IMG/VR virus record: IMGVR_UViG_3300048066_000291
Location: 1 to 64,000 of that record
Reading direction: 5' to 3' (one strand)
DNA length: 64,000 nt
DNA from: a virus
The notes under the pieces were generated by a model. The model saw nothing but the letters and a program-made list of their open reading frames with translations. It had not been told where the DNA came from and searched no databases. Positions 9,069-18,007 of the stretch are shown here, piece by piece. The position numbers were made by a program, and so were the translations under genes. The stretch's first letter is position 1; every line of letters begins with the position of its first letter.

Positions 9069-9485
9069 TTAACCTGCTGATTTAACTGCAAGATTGTCCC
9101 AGTCAATATCATTAGATTTGTAATTACCTTTTTCAGGTATAACATTTCTAACTCCTCCTGTAGGATTTTCTGTGTCTTTATCACGCCTAAATATTAAATG
9201 TACATGTGGATACATGCACGTTTGACCTGCACTTGTTCCTACGTTCATTCCTACGTTAAAACCAGTGATGTTAGTCTTTTGAGAAACTACGTTTGCTTCG
9301 CCTGTTGCAATTGCAAATTGGAAACACTTTAACATAGATTCTAAATTATTTTCTTTTGGTACAACTAACAAATGTCCTTCTGTAACAGGATATTTGTCTT
9401 TGAATACAGTATATTCACGAGTATTAAGTTCAACATCTTGCCAAGGTGCTCTACCGTCTTTTTGCGCTTCGGCTAGTGTATCCAT
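9069..9485 (-). CDS. HIT family nucleotide hydrolase
   Basis: DKYPVTEGHLLVVPK, AGQT, YPHVHL (first His of the triad replaced by Tyr). Confidence 0.85.
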   Translation of the reverse strand: MDTLAEAQKDGRAPWQDVELNTREYTVFKDKYPVTEGHLLVVPKENNLESMLKCFQFAIATGEANVVSQKTNITGFNVGMNVGTSAGQTCMYPHVHLIFRRDKDTENPTGGVRNVIPEKGNYKSNDIDWDNLAVKSAG

Positions 9486-9676
9486 TATTCAACTCCTATG
9501 TCACGTTTAATTTTAGCAATTAATCGCTGTTGTCTATAAATGCTGTCTTTAGTGCCCTGCATATGTTGATATTTAATTTTTGCTGCTTGCATTTCTTTTA
9601 GTTCTTCTATTTTACGATTAACACTTTCTTCAAGTGCCTTAATATATCTTAATCGTTCTTCTCTATCGTGTGCCAT
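9485..9676 (-). CDS. hypothetical coiled-coil protein
   Basis: 63 aa ORF, translationally coupled to neighbours. Confidence 0.6.
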   Translation of the reverse strand: MAHDREERLRYIKALEESVNRKIEELKEMQAAKIKYQHMQGTKDSIYRQQRLIAKIKRDIGVE

Positions 9677-10240
9677 TTAATATTCTCCTATATTTTCCCA
9701 AGGATACACTAACCAAACATCTTCTTCTGCTTTGTTAATTTCATGACAAGTATAACGCACATCGTCAAAATCACTTGCATCATTGTTTGTTAAGGTAGCA
9801 AAACGAACATTATTTTCCCACACAGTATCCCAAGCGTTCTCTTCGTTAGGTAAACAACTGCTCTGCCAGTCTTGTTTAATCCAGTTAAAAGTAGCGCCAG
9901 TATCGTTAATATCGTCTACAACCAAAATATTTTTACGCATAGCAGGATCCCAGCGACTTTTATACACTGGTCTATCTTCTTCAGCAACAATGCCAAATGC
10001 GTTATCCGCCATCCAACAGTTAGATTCGCTTTCTTCGCCTTCAGCACTGTCACGTAGACTAACTTTAAGTGCTTCGCAACGAATACCAGTCATGTTTGAA
10101 ATAATAGTAGCAGGAATATTTCCGCCTCTAGTAATACCTACAATATAATCAGGACGCCAGTTATCAATATACATCTGGTTTACAATTTGTACACACATCT
10201 TTTCTACGTCTTGCCAACTATAATAATGTTTCTTAATCAT
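9677..10240 (-). CDS. purine phosphoribosyltransferase (Gpt/XPRT-like)
   Basis: IVGITRGG, PRPP-binding loop VVDDINDTGAT, C-terminal WLVYPWE. Confidence 0.85.
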   Translation of the reverse strand: MIKKHYYSWQDVEKMCVQIVNQMYIDNWRPDYIVGITRGGNIPATIISNMTGIRCEALKVSLRDSAEGEESESNCWMADNAFGIVAEEDRPVYKSRWDPAMRKNILVVDDINDTGATFNWIKQDWQSSCLPNEENAWDTVWENNVRFATLTNNDASDFDDVRYTCHEINKAEEDVWLVYPWENIGEY

Positions 10241-10676
10241 GTTTAGCACCCCTTGCTAAGTAATCTTTATTGTGTATCCAAATACCATTCTTTAAAAAAC
10301 CCCAAGCGCCTGCTTTACGGCCCATAAAGAACAAACTCCAACATGGAATTTCATTGCCGTCTGCATCTTTGTCAAGTTCTAACCAATGTGTATCATTTGC
10401 TTTACGGTAACGGAAATGTCCAGGTCCTCTCCAAAAACGCCCGTCTGGAGTATTTTCCCAATAGCCGCCTTTGATAATAAATGTTGCATAACTCCAAGGA
10501 TGATCATGCAGTACAGGTTCATCACTTACAAGAACCTTGTGTAGTGTTATGTTAAAAGGAAAGTTCTTTCTGTCCTTTAGAAACACATAATATCGTACTA
10601 GGTAAGGCACATCGCTATCACGTTCTGTAATAACTCTACGCCTGCCAAGTTTGTCCATTAGTTTAGAAAAGATCAT
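10233..10676 (-). CDS. cupin-like hypothetical protein
   Basis: LHDHPW...GGYWE...H pattern; the ATG at 10676 is preferred over the track start. Confidence 0.6.
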   Translation of the reverse strand: MIFSKLMDKLGRRRVITERDSDVPYLVRYYVFLKDRKNFPFNITLHKVLVSDEPVLHDHPWSYATFIIKGGYWENTPDGRFWRGPGHFRYRKANDTHWLELDKDADGNEIPCWSLFFMGRKAGAWGFLKNGIWIHNKDYLARGAKHD

Positions 10677-11028
10677 TATCTTGATGGTTCCCTTTATAAT
10701 CTTGTTCAACCATTTTGTAAACAGTTTTAAAATTTTCCAATGCTTTTTCAAGTGCAGGATAATGTTGACACATATCTTTCACTACACTCATAGCAGGCAA
10801 ATGATCTATCCATTCAGTACCAAAGCCTGTACTAACAGTTGATCCTGATATAATATTATCAATGTTAATAGTATCATCTAAAGTAAAAGTATAATCACTA
10901 TCTGTAATTGTTAAGCTATCAGTAGATATTGAGGTAGTTCCTGCCATGTTATCGTCAAATGTAATAGTATACGGATCACTAGATCCTGTAAGTATTACAA
11001 TGTCATTATCGTCTTTGGATTGTGTCAT
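10663..11028 (-). CDS. hypothetical protein
   Basis: 121 aa, Thr/Asp-rich N-terminus, helical C-terminal domain. Confidence 0.65.
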   Translation of the reverse strand: MTQSKDDNDIVILTGSSDPYTITFDDNMAGTTSISTDSLTITDSDYTFTLDDTINIDNIISGSTVSTGFGTEWIDHLPAMSVVKDMCQHYPALEKALENFKTVYKMVEQDYKGNHQDNDLF

Positions 11029-12094
11029 ACAATGCTGCTCCGCTAAAAAACTCTTTGTTTAACTTTGTACGTTGTTTGTCTAAACTTACAAGATAGTCAT
11101 CATAGTTTTCCATATAATCACATATCTTTGCAACAACTTCGCCTCTGTGTTTTACATATGCAGAGTAGTCTTCAGTCCACTTGCTAGGATATGCAAACTC
11201 AGGTAATGCCATTTCACTGTAGCTGAGTCTGTCTGGCACCATAGGAATAGCATCTACTAATGCACCTTCGTACCAACTAATGCCAAGTGTTTCTTGCAAG
11301 TTAGCACTAAACACAATCTTTGCTTCACCTAACAAATTATGGTATTCATTTTTAGTAAGTTCACGTTCTTGACATACTACAAATTCATATTGCGGCAAAC
11401 GTGTTTGAAGATCTCTAAAGATATCAACTTGTTTCTCAGGAGCAACACGATGTGGGAACAAGATCAAGTCTCGCTTTTCCATACCCTTGTAACCATCTAA
11501 ACTACCTTTTAGATACTCCATAGGCCAACCTACACGATGTACTTTATCATCAAAATCTAATGCTTCTTGTGTTGTCCAGTGATCATTATTTTCTTTTTCT
11601 AAAATAGTGTCTGTAAACATATCAATGTGAAAGTCTGTAGCATAATAGTTATCATCAAAGCATTCATACATGCTACGTTCAGCATGTCTTACCCAAGGTT
11701 TATCGCCTATTAGCCTACCAAGGAAATCATGAGGATCATAACTACCAGCATGCCAAAGACCGCCGACTCTAATGTCGACCCCAAGGAGTTCAGCCATGTA
11801 ACGCAACTGGATAACAGTTGGGTTCCACGCATCCGTATATAAGAAATAATCTCCATCATTAACTTCTCCCTTACAGAACATTTCACCAATTTGTTCTAAT
11901 TGTTTTGATTTATAAACGTTAGTGCCACCAAAGTTTAAGAAAGCCCCAGGCGTTGTAGCCTGAGGTGTTTCTCCGCCGCTGATAACAACAACATTTTCAT
12001 TTGTAGCACGTTGAAGTTGCCGAGGCAAATAATCCTTCCACTGTTTAGTGTATCGAGTATCTACAGCTTCAATGTCTACAATATGAATTGTCAT
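11006..12094 (-). CDS. GT-B fold glycosyltransferase (GT4-like)
   Basis: HRVAPEKQ motif and E-x7-E motif (ETLGISWYE) typical of retaining GT-B enzymes. Confidence 0.75.
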   Translation of the reverse strand: MTIHIVDIEAVDTRYTKQWKDYLPRQLQRATNENVVVISGGETPQATTPGAFLNFGGTNVYKSKQLEQIGEMFCKGEVNDGDYFLYTDAWNPTVIQLRYMAELLGVDIRVGGLWHAGSYDPHDFLGRLIGDKPWVRHAERSMYECFDDNYYATDFHIDMFTDTILEKENNDHWTTQEALDFDDKVHRVGWPMEYLKGSLDGYKGMEKRDLILFPHRVAPEKQVDIFRDLQTRLPQYEFVVCQERELTKNEYHNLLGEAKIVFSANLQETLGISWYEGALVDAIPMVPDRLSYSEMALPEFAYPSKWTEDYSAYVKHRGEVVAKICDYMENYDDYLVSLDKQRTKLNKEFFSGAALYDTIQRR

Positions 12095-12291
12095 TAGGTT
12101 CTCCTGTTGCGATTTTGATTACGTGCTTTAGCTCGCAACCAACCTTGGTACTTTTGATAGGCAATCCAGTTAGGATCATCTTTTTTATAAAGTGCTGCCT
12201 CGTTGAACACTTTCCCTTCGGAACGGCAATAGTTACGATATGTATCCAAGTCATTAAAGATCTTGTTTACAGTTGGGTTTTTAATAGTCAT
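12094..12291 (-). CDS. hypothetical protein
   Basis: 65 aa ORF, GAGGA RBS. Confidence 0.65.
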   Translation of the reverse strand: MTIKNPTVNKIFNDLDTYRNYCRSEGKVFNEAALYKKDDPNWIAYQKYQGWLRAKARNQNRNRRT

Positions 12292-12308
12292 TGGATTGAT
12301 TCCTCTTA

Positions 12309-12761
12309 TTATGACTTAGGGTAAAAAATAGAACAGCCGTTTTCATTGTCTTCAGCGACACTAATCTCTACAAACCGGCCTGGATATTTGCGAGATATTT
12401 CTAAGTACAAGTCATCTGCAATCATTTCACATGACTTATGATTTAGTTGTAGTACTGCTGTAGAACTATCTACTTCAGCGTACAACCGTTCCATCCAGCG
12501 TTTAAACTGGATAAACTCAATATCGCGATCGTTATGAAACACTTCGATGCGAACTTTAAAGTGGAAAATATGACGATGTGGAATACCAAGGAATGATACA
12601 TCATCCCAATCGCCAGTTGCTAGTTTAGGATCAGTATCTGCGCCAGGGTACATATGTACACCTTCTTTATTAAAAGTTACCCAAATACTGCGTTCTGCGT
12701 TATCCATTCTATCCTCTTCTCTCATTCTGCGTTGCATGTATGCGTAATATCTTTCTTGCAT
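12309..12761 (-). CDS. QueD-like T-fold protein, probable DpdL (CDG decarboxylase)
   Basis: LGIPHRHIF matches LxxxHRHxF; also DIEF and SCEMIA; lacks the canonical QueD CxxxHGH motif. Confidence 0.7.
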   Translation of the reverse strand: MQERYYAYMQRRMREEDRMDNAERSIWVTFNKEGVHMYPGADTDPKLATGDWDDVSFLGIPHRHIFHFKVRIEVFHNDRDIEFIQFKRWMERLYAEVDSSTAVLQLNHKSCEMIADDLYLEISRKYPGRFVEISVAEDNENGCSIFYPKS

Positions 12762-12767
12762 ATTATT

Positions 12768-12796
12768 AGTATACTTTCATTATTAAAAGTTGTCAA
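12768..12796 (-). promoter_or_regulatory. sigma70-type promoter, leaderless spacing
   Basis: TTGACA-17nt-TATACT-6nt-ATG. Confidence 0.8.
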
Positions 12797-12801
12797 CATT
12801 T

Positions 12802-13347
12802 TTATGGCAGGAAATTAAAACTAATAGTACACTTTGTACCAGTAGTTGGTCTTGTAGAAGCATGTAAAAATTTCCCGTCGAATAACACTAGTCTTCCTTT
12901 TTTAGGAGTAACTGTTGCTTGAACTTCAGTCCACATACTACCTGGGTCATCATACATTCTATCGTATATAATAGTATCACCGTCACTATCACATACATAA
13001 TAAATTGCAGTCATATGAGGTCTTGTCATATCTACATGTTCGTCGTCTTGTAAAACTTTTAGATTAGTTTGTGGTAATAGTGTGGCTTTTATTTGTAATA
13101 CTTTTGAAGGCTCAACAAAGAATTGTTGATTAGTTGTTAAAACATCAAAGTACGGATTTGGTATTTCCCAACCTTCTTGATAGATGGTATTAACGAATCC
13201 TGGTCTTTCAACATAGTCAATACTATTTGTATCTGGATTATGATTCATATCAGACTGATAGAACCAAGAAAATGCTTTACGCAACAATTTATCAAAGAGT
13301 TGATTCTGTAATTCTAAGGGAATACAATTGTCGTAAACTTGTACCAT
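12802..13347 (-). CDS. 2OG-Fe(II) oxygenase
   Basis: HVD...YYV.DSDGDT...PKKGRLVLFDG..LHAS pattern. Confidence 0.8.
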   Translation of the reverse strand: MVQVYDNCIPLELQNQLFDKLLRKAFSWFYQSDMNHNPDTNSIDYVERPGFVNTIYQEGWEIPNPYFDVLTTNQQFFVEPSKVLQIKATLLPQTNLKVLQDDEHVDMTRPHMTAIYYVCDSDGDTIIYDRMYDDPGSMWTEVQATVTPKKGRLVLFDGKFLHASTRPTTGTKCTISFNFLP

Positions 13348-13865
13348 TATAGTACCTTATCTTTTCCGTATTTAGACCAATCTGTAAATTTATCACGATC
13401 CATTAGATCATGTAAGCTATGACACCAAACGCCTGGATTACTTTCTTTAAAGCCTTTGTCATCAATCTTAACCATTGTGTTATAGTTCCACTGTGCAACA
13501 TAAGGTACTACAACACGTATTTGTGGAATGAAGTTATCATACTCAGTTAGTCCACCGTCTAAGAACCATTCCATATTAATTGTACTTGGAATGTCTAAAC
13601 TACATAGAATACCTTCTTTGACAAGCGGAAGTACCATTGCTTCCCATTCTTCAAAGTCTTCTGCTAGTTCAGGATTATAACTGTGGTTAGCACCAAAGAA
13701 CACATGTTCTACCTGTTCGTTTGCAATGTGCTGTTTAATTGTTATATAAGAATGTATGCCTGTAACAAATAATGTTTTCATTCCGTAAGCAGGAGTCTTT
13801 TCAACTTCTGTACCTACAAAGAACTCTACGTTATCTTTTACGCCTGTGTCATAATCACGTTTCAT
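13347..13865 (-). CDS. conserved hypothetical protein in the deazaguanine cluster
   Basis: 172 aa ORF; alpha/beta-like with FFGANHS motif. Confidence 0.7.
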   Translation of the reverse strand: MKRDYDTGVKDNVEFFVGTEVEKTPAYGMKTLFVTGIHSYITIKQHIANEQVEHVFFGANHSYNPELAEDFEEWEAMVLPLVKEGILCSLDIPSTINMEWFLDGGLTEYDNFIPQIRVVVPYVAQWNYNTMVKIDDKGFKESNPGVWCHSLHDLMDRDKFTDWSKYGKDKVL

Positions 13866-13989
13866 CTTTATCTTCTTTTATCCAAATATTAACATGAGCA
13901 ACTGCACTGTCTGAACGAGTAACTACATAATCTAAACCCGCCTCTTTTAAAGCAGTCCTAAGTTTTTCAAGATTTTTATTAGGTTTCAT
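13855..13989 (-). CDS. small hypothetical protein (44 aa)
   Basis: Read from the sequence (MKPNKNLEKL...KDET); exactly fills the gap with overlaps at both ends; below the track cutoff. Confidence 0.55.
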   Translation of the reverse strand: MKPNKNLEKLRTALKEAGLDYVVTRSDSAVAHVNIWIKEDKDET

Positions 13990-14195
13990 TCTAAACCTTT
14001 TTGTACTAAGTAAGAATTAATTCTGTGCATTTCATCTTTTAGATAGAGCTTCATAGTTTTCATACGCCTAACTTCATCTGTTACTGTTATATTATTATAC
14101 TTTACTTCGAGCTCTGTGTCAAGTTCTTTATGCTTACGTTCTAATTCTGCATAATGAGCTCTAAGTTTATCTTCAGTAGATTCATAATTGCTCAT
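13986..14195 (-). CDS. small coiled-coil protein (DUF465/YdcH-like)
   Basis: L..KHKELD.E...LKDE helical-hairpin pattern. Confidence 0.55.
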   Translation of the reverse strand: MSNYESTEDKLRAHYAELERKHKELDTELEVKYNNITVTDEVRRMKTMKLYLKDEMHRINSYLVQKGLE

Positions 14196-15795
14196 CCTCT
14201 AGTTCCTCCAACTTAGTTTCATCTAATTCGTCAACAGATTCAACAGTTTCTTCTACATCAAATAGTGCATCAAAGAATGTAGAACTGTTTACAGTCTTTT
14301 TACCAATAGCACCCCTAGTACCTGGAATTGCCATCCAAAACTTTGAATACTCATCAATAACTGCTAACGACTCTTCTTTTGTTGTCTTTGAAAATATTTC
14401 TTCTACAACATCTCTAAATGTAATTCTGTCAAACTTTTCTTGCACTAACATATTTGGAATTACACCAGCGTCATACTGTCTATTAGCTTCTTGTACAGCG
14501 TTTACGTGACTCCATACGTTGTGACCCATTTGTATAGCATAACTAAAGCTATCCCAGCTTGTAGAGTCTTTCTTGCGTACAATTTGATTACCGCTTGCAT
14601 CTAATACAGGATTATCGTTTTTATCTAGTTCAACTTCCCCTGCACTTACTTTAGGTACACCAATCTTATTGCGATCACCTTTTTTGTATGTACAGATATC
14701 GTTTACTAACAAACCGTCAGTAAGTGGACTATCTTCGAAGTTAGGAAAGATACCATCTTGTGTAGTTGCATCTTTAAAAGAACGTGTGTCACTTGCATAC
14801 TTTAGTTCGTCTACACTAGGAACCATTCTATATGTCCACTTGCCTCTATCAGGCGTTTCATTTTGAATGTATACTTGTCCATTAGCGGTTGCTAAGAAAG
14901 GCGAAGCACAATCAAATGTAAGCATCATAGTAGGGTTATAGTACTTGCGTATAGCACGTTGTAAGTCTGTTAACAAACAAGCCCACTCTAATTTACTAGT
15001 ACCTAAGAAGTGCATTACATCGTGTACACCGCTTTGTAGTAGTCCATCGTAGTGTAGTGTAACAATGCGTTTAAGAACCAAATGCACATCGCACATGTTC
15101 TGACCACCCATAGACCATCCATTAAAATGTGTGTCAGGATACTTAACTGGATCGCAGTAGTCTTTCATCTGCTCGTACCAGTCATCTGCGTCTGCGTGAT
15201 TCTCACCTTGTAGAACGTTTAGGAACTTACAAGCACCTGTACGATGTTTCATAAAGTAATCATTATTGATGCGTGTTGCTTTAACTGCTTCTGCGTATGT
15301 TGAAATGCCTGTTGCTTTTGCACCAGCTGGCGAACGTGCTACCCAGGCCGGAATATCAAGTATCATTCCGTAGTCCATGTAAGCGTCCATCCAACGCAAT
15401 ACACCATCTCTTTTCTTTTGTGCTTTAGGACAATTAGGATCTTTCCAATCGCCTTCCCAAACACCTTTACCAATTTGGAAGCCACCTGAGTCACCTAGTA
15501 ACCAAGTGTTTTCTCTATCTCTGTTACGCACCATATCTTCTTTAGGTACATGTTTAGTTGTATCTAAGTCAGCATGTCCTGCAGAATAGAGCGTCCATTT
15601 ATATTGAAACGCTCCTTCATTTTTATTGAGATAGTTTAATGTTTCAACACCGTTAGCAAAGTTACTAGGAATACGAGCTTTGTCGACATATTCATCATAC
15701 CGCTGTTTACCTACATAAGTTGCATAGAAGCCACTTAGCGCAGGAAGAAAGTGTGCATAATCATTTTGTGCGGCAGTTAAATCCTTATTCATCAA
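14182..15795 (-). CDS. dpdA: TGT-fold DNA-guanine transglycosylase (DpdA-like)
   Basis: DSGGFQ, ILDIP, NVLQG, MGG, HFLG and TFD motifs of the TGT/DpdA family; no C-terminal Cys/His Zn motif of tRNA TGT seen; folE/queE neighbourhood. Confidence 0.78.
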   Translation of the reverse strand: MMNKDLTAAQNDYAHFLPALSGFYATYVGKQRYDEYVDKARIPSNFANGVETLNYLNKNEGAFQYKWTLYSAGHADLDTTKHVPKEDMVRNRDRENTWLLGDSGGFQIGKGVWEGDWKDPNCPKAQKKRDGVLRWMDAYMDYGMILDIPAWVARSPAGAKATGISTYAEAVKATRINNDYFMKHRTGACKFLNVLQGENHADADDWYEQMKDYCDPVKYPDTHFNGWSMGGQNMCDVHLVLKRIVTLHYDGLLQSGVHDVMHFLGTSKLEWACLLTDLQRAIRKYYNPTMMLTFDCASPFLATANGQVYIQNETPDRGKWTYRMVPSVDELKYASDTRSFKDATTQDGIFPNFEDSPLTDGLLVNDICTYKKGDRNKIGVPKVSAGEVELDKNDNPVLDASGNQIVRKKDSTSWDSFSYAIQMGHNVWSHVNAVQEANRQYDAGVIPNMLVQEKFDRITFRDVVEEIFSKTTKEESLAVIDEYSKFWMAIPGTRGAIGKKTVNSSTFFDALFDVEETVESVDELDETKLEELEDEQL

Positions 15796-16518
15796 TTACT
15801 TGCTCTGCGCTGGAAGAATGTAATCGTATGTTGCAATGCCACTGTCTACTGTAATTTTCATTGCACCTTGATCACTAATACTCATAGTTAAGTCGCCGTC
15901 TAAACTCAAAATGCTTTGTACTTGTGCTACTGGCCAACTCCATGTGTGCTGTAATGCACCTTCTACGCTGTGTTGGAATACAAACTCGCCAGCATGTGTA
16001 CTTGCATCACCAAAGCTAAAGATTAAGTTACTGTCTTTAGTTGTTACATTAAATGTAGGCTCTTCAGAATGTGCCGCACTCATTAATTTCATACGTGCAA
16101 TTGCTGCCTGTGTTGGAGCAATTTCTACATTCCAAGCCGCACCTTTGAATTTAACAGTTTTAAGTTTTTCTTCAATGATTGCTTTATTCATAAAGCGATA
16201 ATCATTTTCAAAGTCACCTGCTGCATTTTCAAAGTGAATGTGTGTTGGAATAGTTTCACCGTTACGATCTGCTTTTACAACATCAATTTTTGCATTTTCT
16301 TTGTATTCAGGATTTTTTAAGTGTAGTGCTAACTTATCTAAGTTAGGCATACCAAATGTACCGTCAGCTACACTGTGTTGCGAAGTTGCGTTAAGAATCA
16401 CACTTCGATCTTCTGCCATCGAGTCGATGACAGTGTCACTACCACCTGTTACTTTAACTAAGCTCAAGAAGCCTAGTGCGTGAGTATGTGCTACTACGTC
16501 TTGTAAGATATCTTTCAT
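15796..16518 (-). CDS. DNA polymerase sliding clamp (gp45/PCNA-like)
   Basis: 240 aa with beta-clamp-like pattern ending YDYILP; located near polB. Confidence 0.65.
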   Translation of the reverse strand: MKDILQDVVAHTHALGFLSLVKVTGGSDTVIDSMAEDRSVILNATSQHSVADGTFGMPNLDKLALHLKNPEYKENAKIDVVKADRNGETIPTHIHFENAAGDFENDYRFMNKAIIEEKLKTVKFKGAAWNVEIAPTQAAIARMKLMSAAHSEEPTFNVTTKDSNLIFSFGDASTHAGEFVFQHSVEGALQHTWSWPVAQVQSILSLDGDLTMSISDQGAMKITVDSGIATYDYILPAQSK

Positions 16519-17285
16519 GTTATTGTTTCTCCATCGAATAAGTTAATTATATTGCCTTTATTGCCATTTGTCAAGAACTTTTCTACCGAGTATTTAGGTT
16601 TAAAGCCTAGAGCTGACATTTTTTCTGTATTGGCGCAAGTAAATTCACGCTCTCCCGGGGTATTTAGACGAACTGGTAAGTTTGGTGCTAAGTCTCGGAT
16701 CCTAACAGGATTTCCCGTACCGATATCAATTGTACCTTTTATATATGTACTATTGATTAATAATTCAACAGCATCACATACATCTTGTACATGTATAAAA
16801 TCTCTGTAATGCCTTGTTACATAGTCTAATGTGCCGTTACGTAACTTGTTGAAAAACATATTTTCTCTTGGACAAATGTCTGAGTAAACTGTATGAAAAC
16901 GCATACCTAATGTATCTGGATAACGCTCTGCAAGTTCTTCTAATACATATTTTGATGCCGCATAAGGATTTAAGTCAGGCTCATATGCACTAGAAGAACT
17001 TGCGTACAGTATACGTGTATCTGCGTATGCTTCAAATAAACGCTTACTTGCTTCTACATTGTTAAACCAATATCCTGCAGGATCAGTTAAACTTTCACGT
17101 ACACCACTTTTACCTGCAAGGTGTATAACAAGATCAATATTCTTTGGCCACTGTGCAATGTTAAGTAAATCTTGTTCTTTACCGTTCTTTGAATCAATAC
17201 CAATTACTTCGTACTTCTTATTCAACAATCGATTGCCGAGTGCAGTACCAATAAATCCTAAATGTCCTGTAAGTAAAATACGCAT
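16515..17285 (-). CDS. NAD-dependent sugar-nucleotide epimerase/dehydratase (SDR)
   Basis: TGHLGFIG Rossmann motif, HLAG, ASSSS, catalytic YAASK, RDFIHV; start at ATG 17285. Confidence 0.88.
   Translation of the reverse strand: MRILLTGHLGFIGTALGNRLLNKKYEVIGIDSKNGKEQDLLNIAQWPKNIDLVIHLAGKSGVRESLTDPAGYWFNNVEASKRLFEAYADTRILYASSSSAYEPDLNPYAASKYVLEELAERYPDTLGMRFHTVYSDICPRENMFFNKLRNGTLDYVTRHYRDFIHVQDVCDAVELLINSTYIKGTIDIGTGNPVRIRDLAPNLPVRLNTPGEREFTCANTEKMSALGFKPKYSVEKFLTNGNKGNIINLFDGETIT
16546..16574 (-). promoter_or_regulatory. sigma70-type promoter for clamp/dpdA, embedded in the epimerase 3' end
   Basis: TTGACA-17nt-TATAAT. Confidence 0.8.
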
Positions 17286-18007
17286 TAGTTTGCAATCCTT
17301 TGCTCTTGGAACCACGTTAAGTATTCCCAAGTTTGCTTCCAGCTTGTTACAGCCCTTGGATGGCTGACTAGTTTTGAAAGTGAATAATCATTACCGCCTT
17401 CAAACATAGCATCGCCAAAGAAATAGATTCTATCATCTTTGTTAAAGTCTGTAATAATCTGACTTTTGTCTGCACCTTTTGGCGCAATGTCTATTCCTGT
17501 TTCTCCACCAATTGTTGCTTGTAAGTCTGGAAACATTGTGTTAAATGCAGTTGCAATTGTTTCACGTTCGTTTTCAAATGTATCGTATGCTACATACTTC
17601 GCACGTTGTTCTATAGTTGCATTGCGTCCTACAACACTAAAGTTAACCATACCTGGCCGTGCTTCAATGTGATTGCCTGTACGTATAGTAAATTCGCTTT
17701 CATACTCGCAATTAATTAAAAATGCTTTTGCTAAATCTGGAAGTGACCATTCACTTGTTTTTATATTTTGGCCTTTTTCATATATATCGTTACCTGAACA
17801 ATTATATAGTCTCTTTACAGCCATTACTATGTCATTGCCTACTTGTTCTACTGTTTTTGCATAATCGCTGCCTGTAACAAGATAGACGTTATTTGATTTA
17901 CAAAATGTTAGAAAAAACTCTTGGAATCTTTTATCTATTTTGCTTCTGCTAGGGGTTAGTGTACCGTCGACGTCAAATACAAATCTATTAATTGCTTCTT
18001 TTTTCAT
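17285..18007 (-). CDS. HAD-IIB phosphomannomutase-like enzyme (eukaryotic PMM type)
   Basis: FDVDGTLT, VTGSD, IEARPGMVNFS, GGETGIDI and FFGD..GGND motifs. Confidence 0.85.
   Translation of the reverse strand: MKKEAINRFVFDVDGTLTPSRSKIDKRFQEFFLTFCKSNNVYLVTGSDYAKTVEQVGNDIVMAVKRLYNCSGNDIYEKGQNIKTSEWSLPDLAKAFLINCEYESEFTIRTGNHIEARPGMVNFSVVGRNATIEQRAKYVAYDTFENERETIATAFNTMFPDLQATIGGETGIDIAPKGADKSQIITDFNKDDRIYFFGDAMFEGGNDYSLSKLVSHPRAVTSWKQTWEYLTWFQEQRIAN

Noticed and set aside
8972-9184. 70-aa ORF upstream of folE
   Set aside because: Overlaps the HIT gene and spans a promoter; only the last 15 codons are considered, as a uORF
12309-12761. Canonical QueD call
   Set aside because: It lacks the CxxxHGH motif and has LxxxHRHxF instead, so it is treated as DpdL-like
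14182-15795. Bacterial tRNA-guanine transglycosylase (Tgt)
   Set aside because: Highly divergent and longer, no recognisable Zn-binding Cys/His motif, and phage context beside clamp and deazaguanine genes favours a DNA target (not proven)
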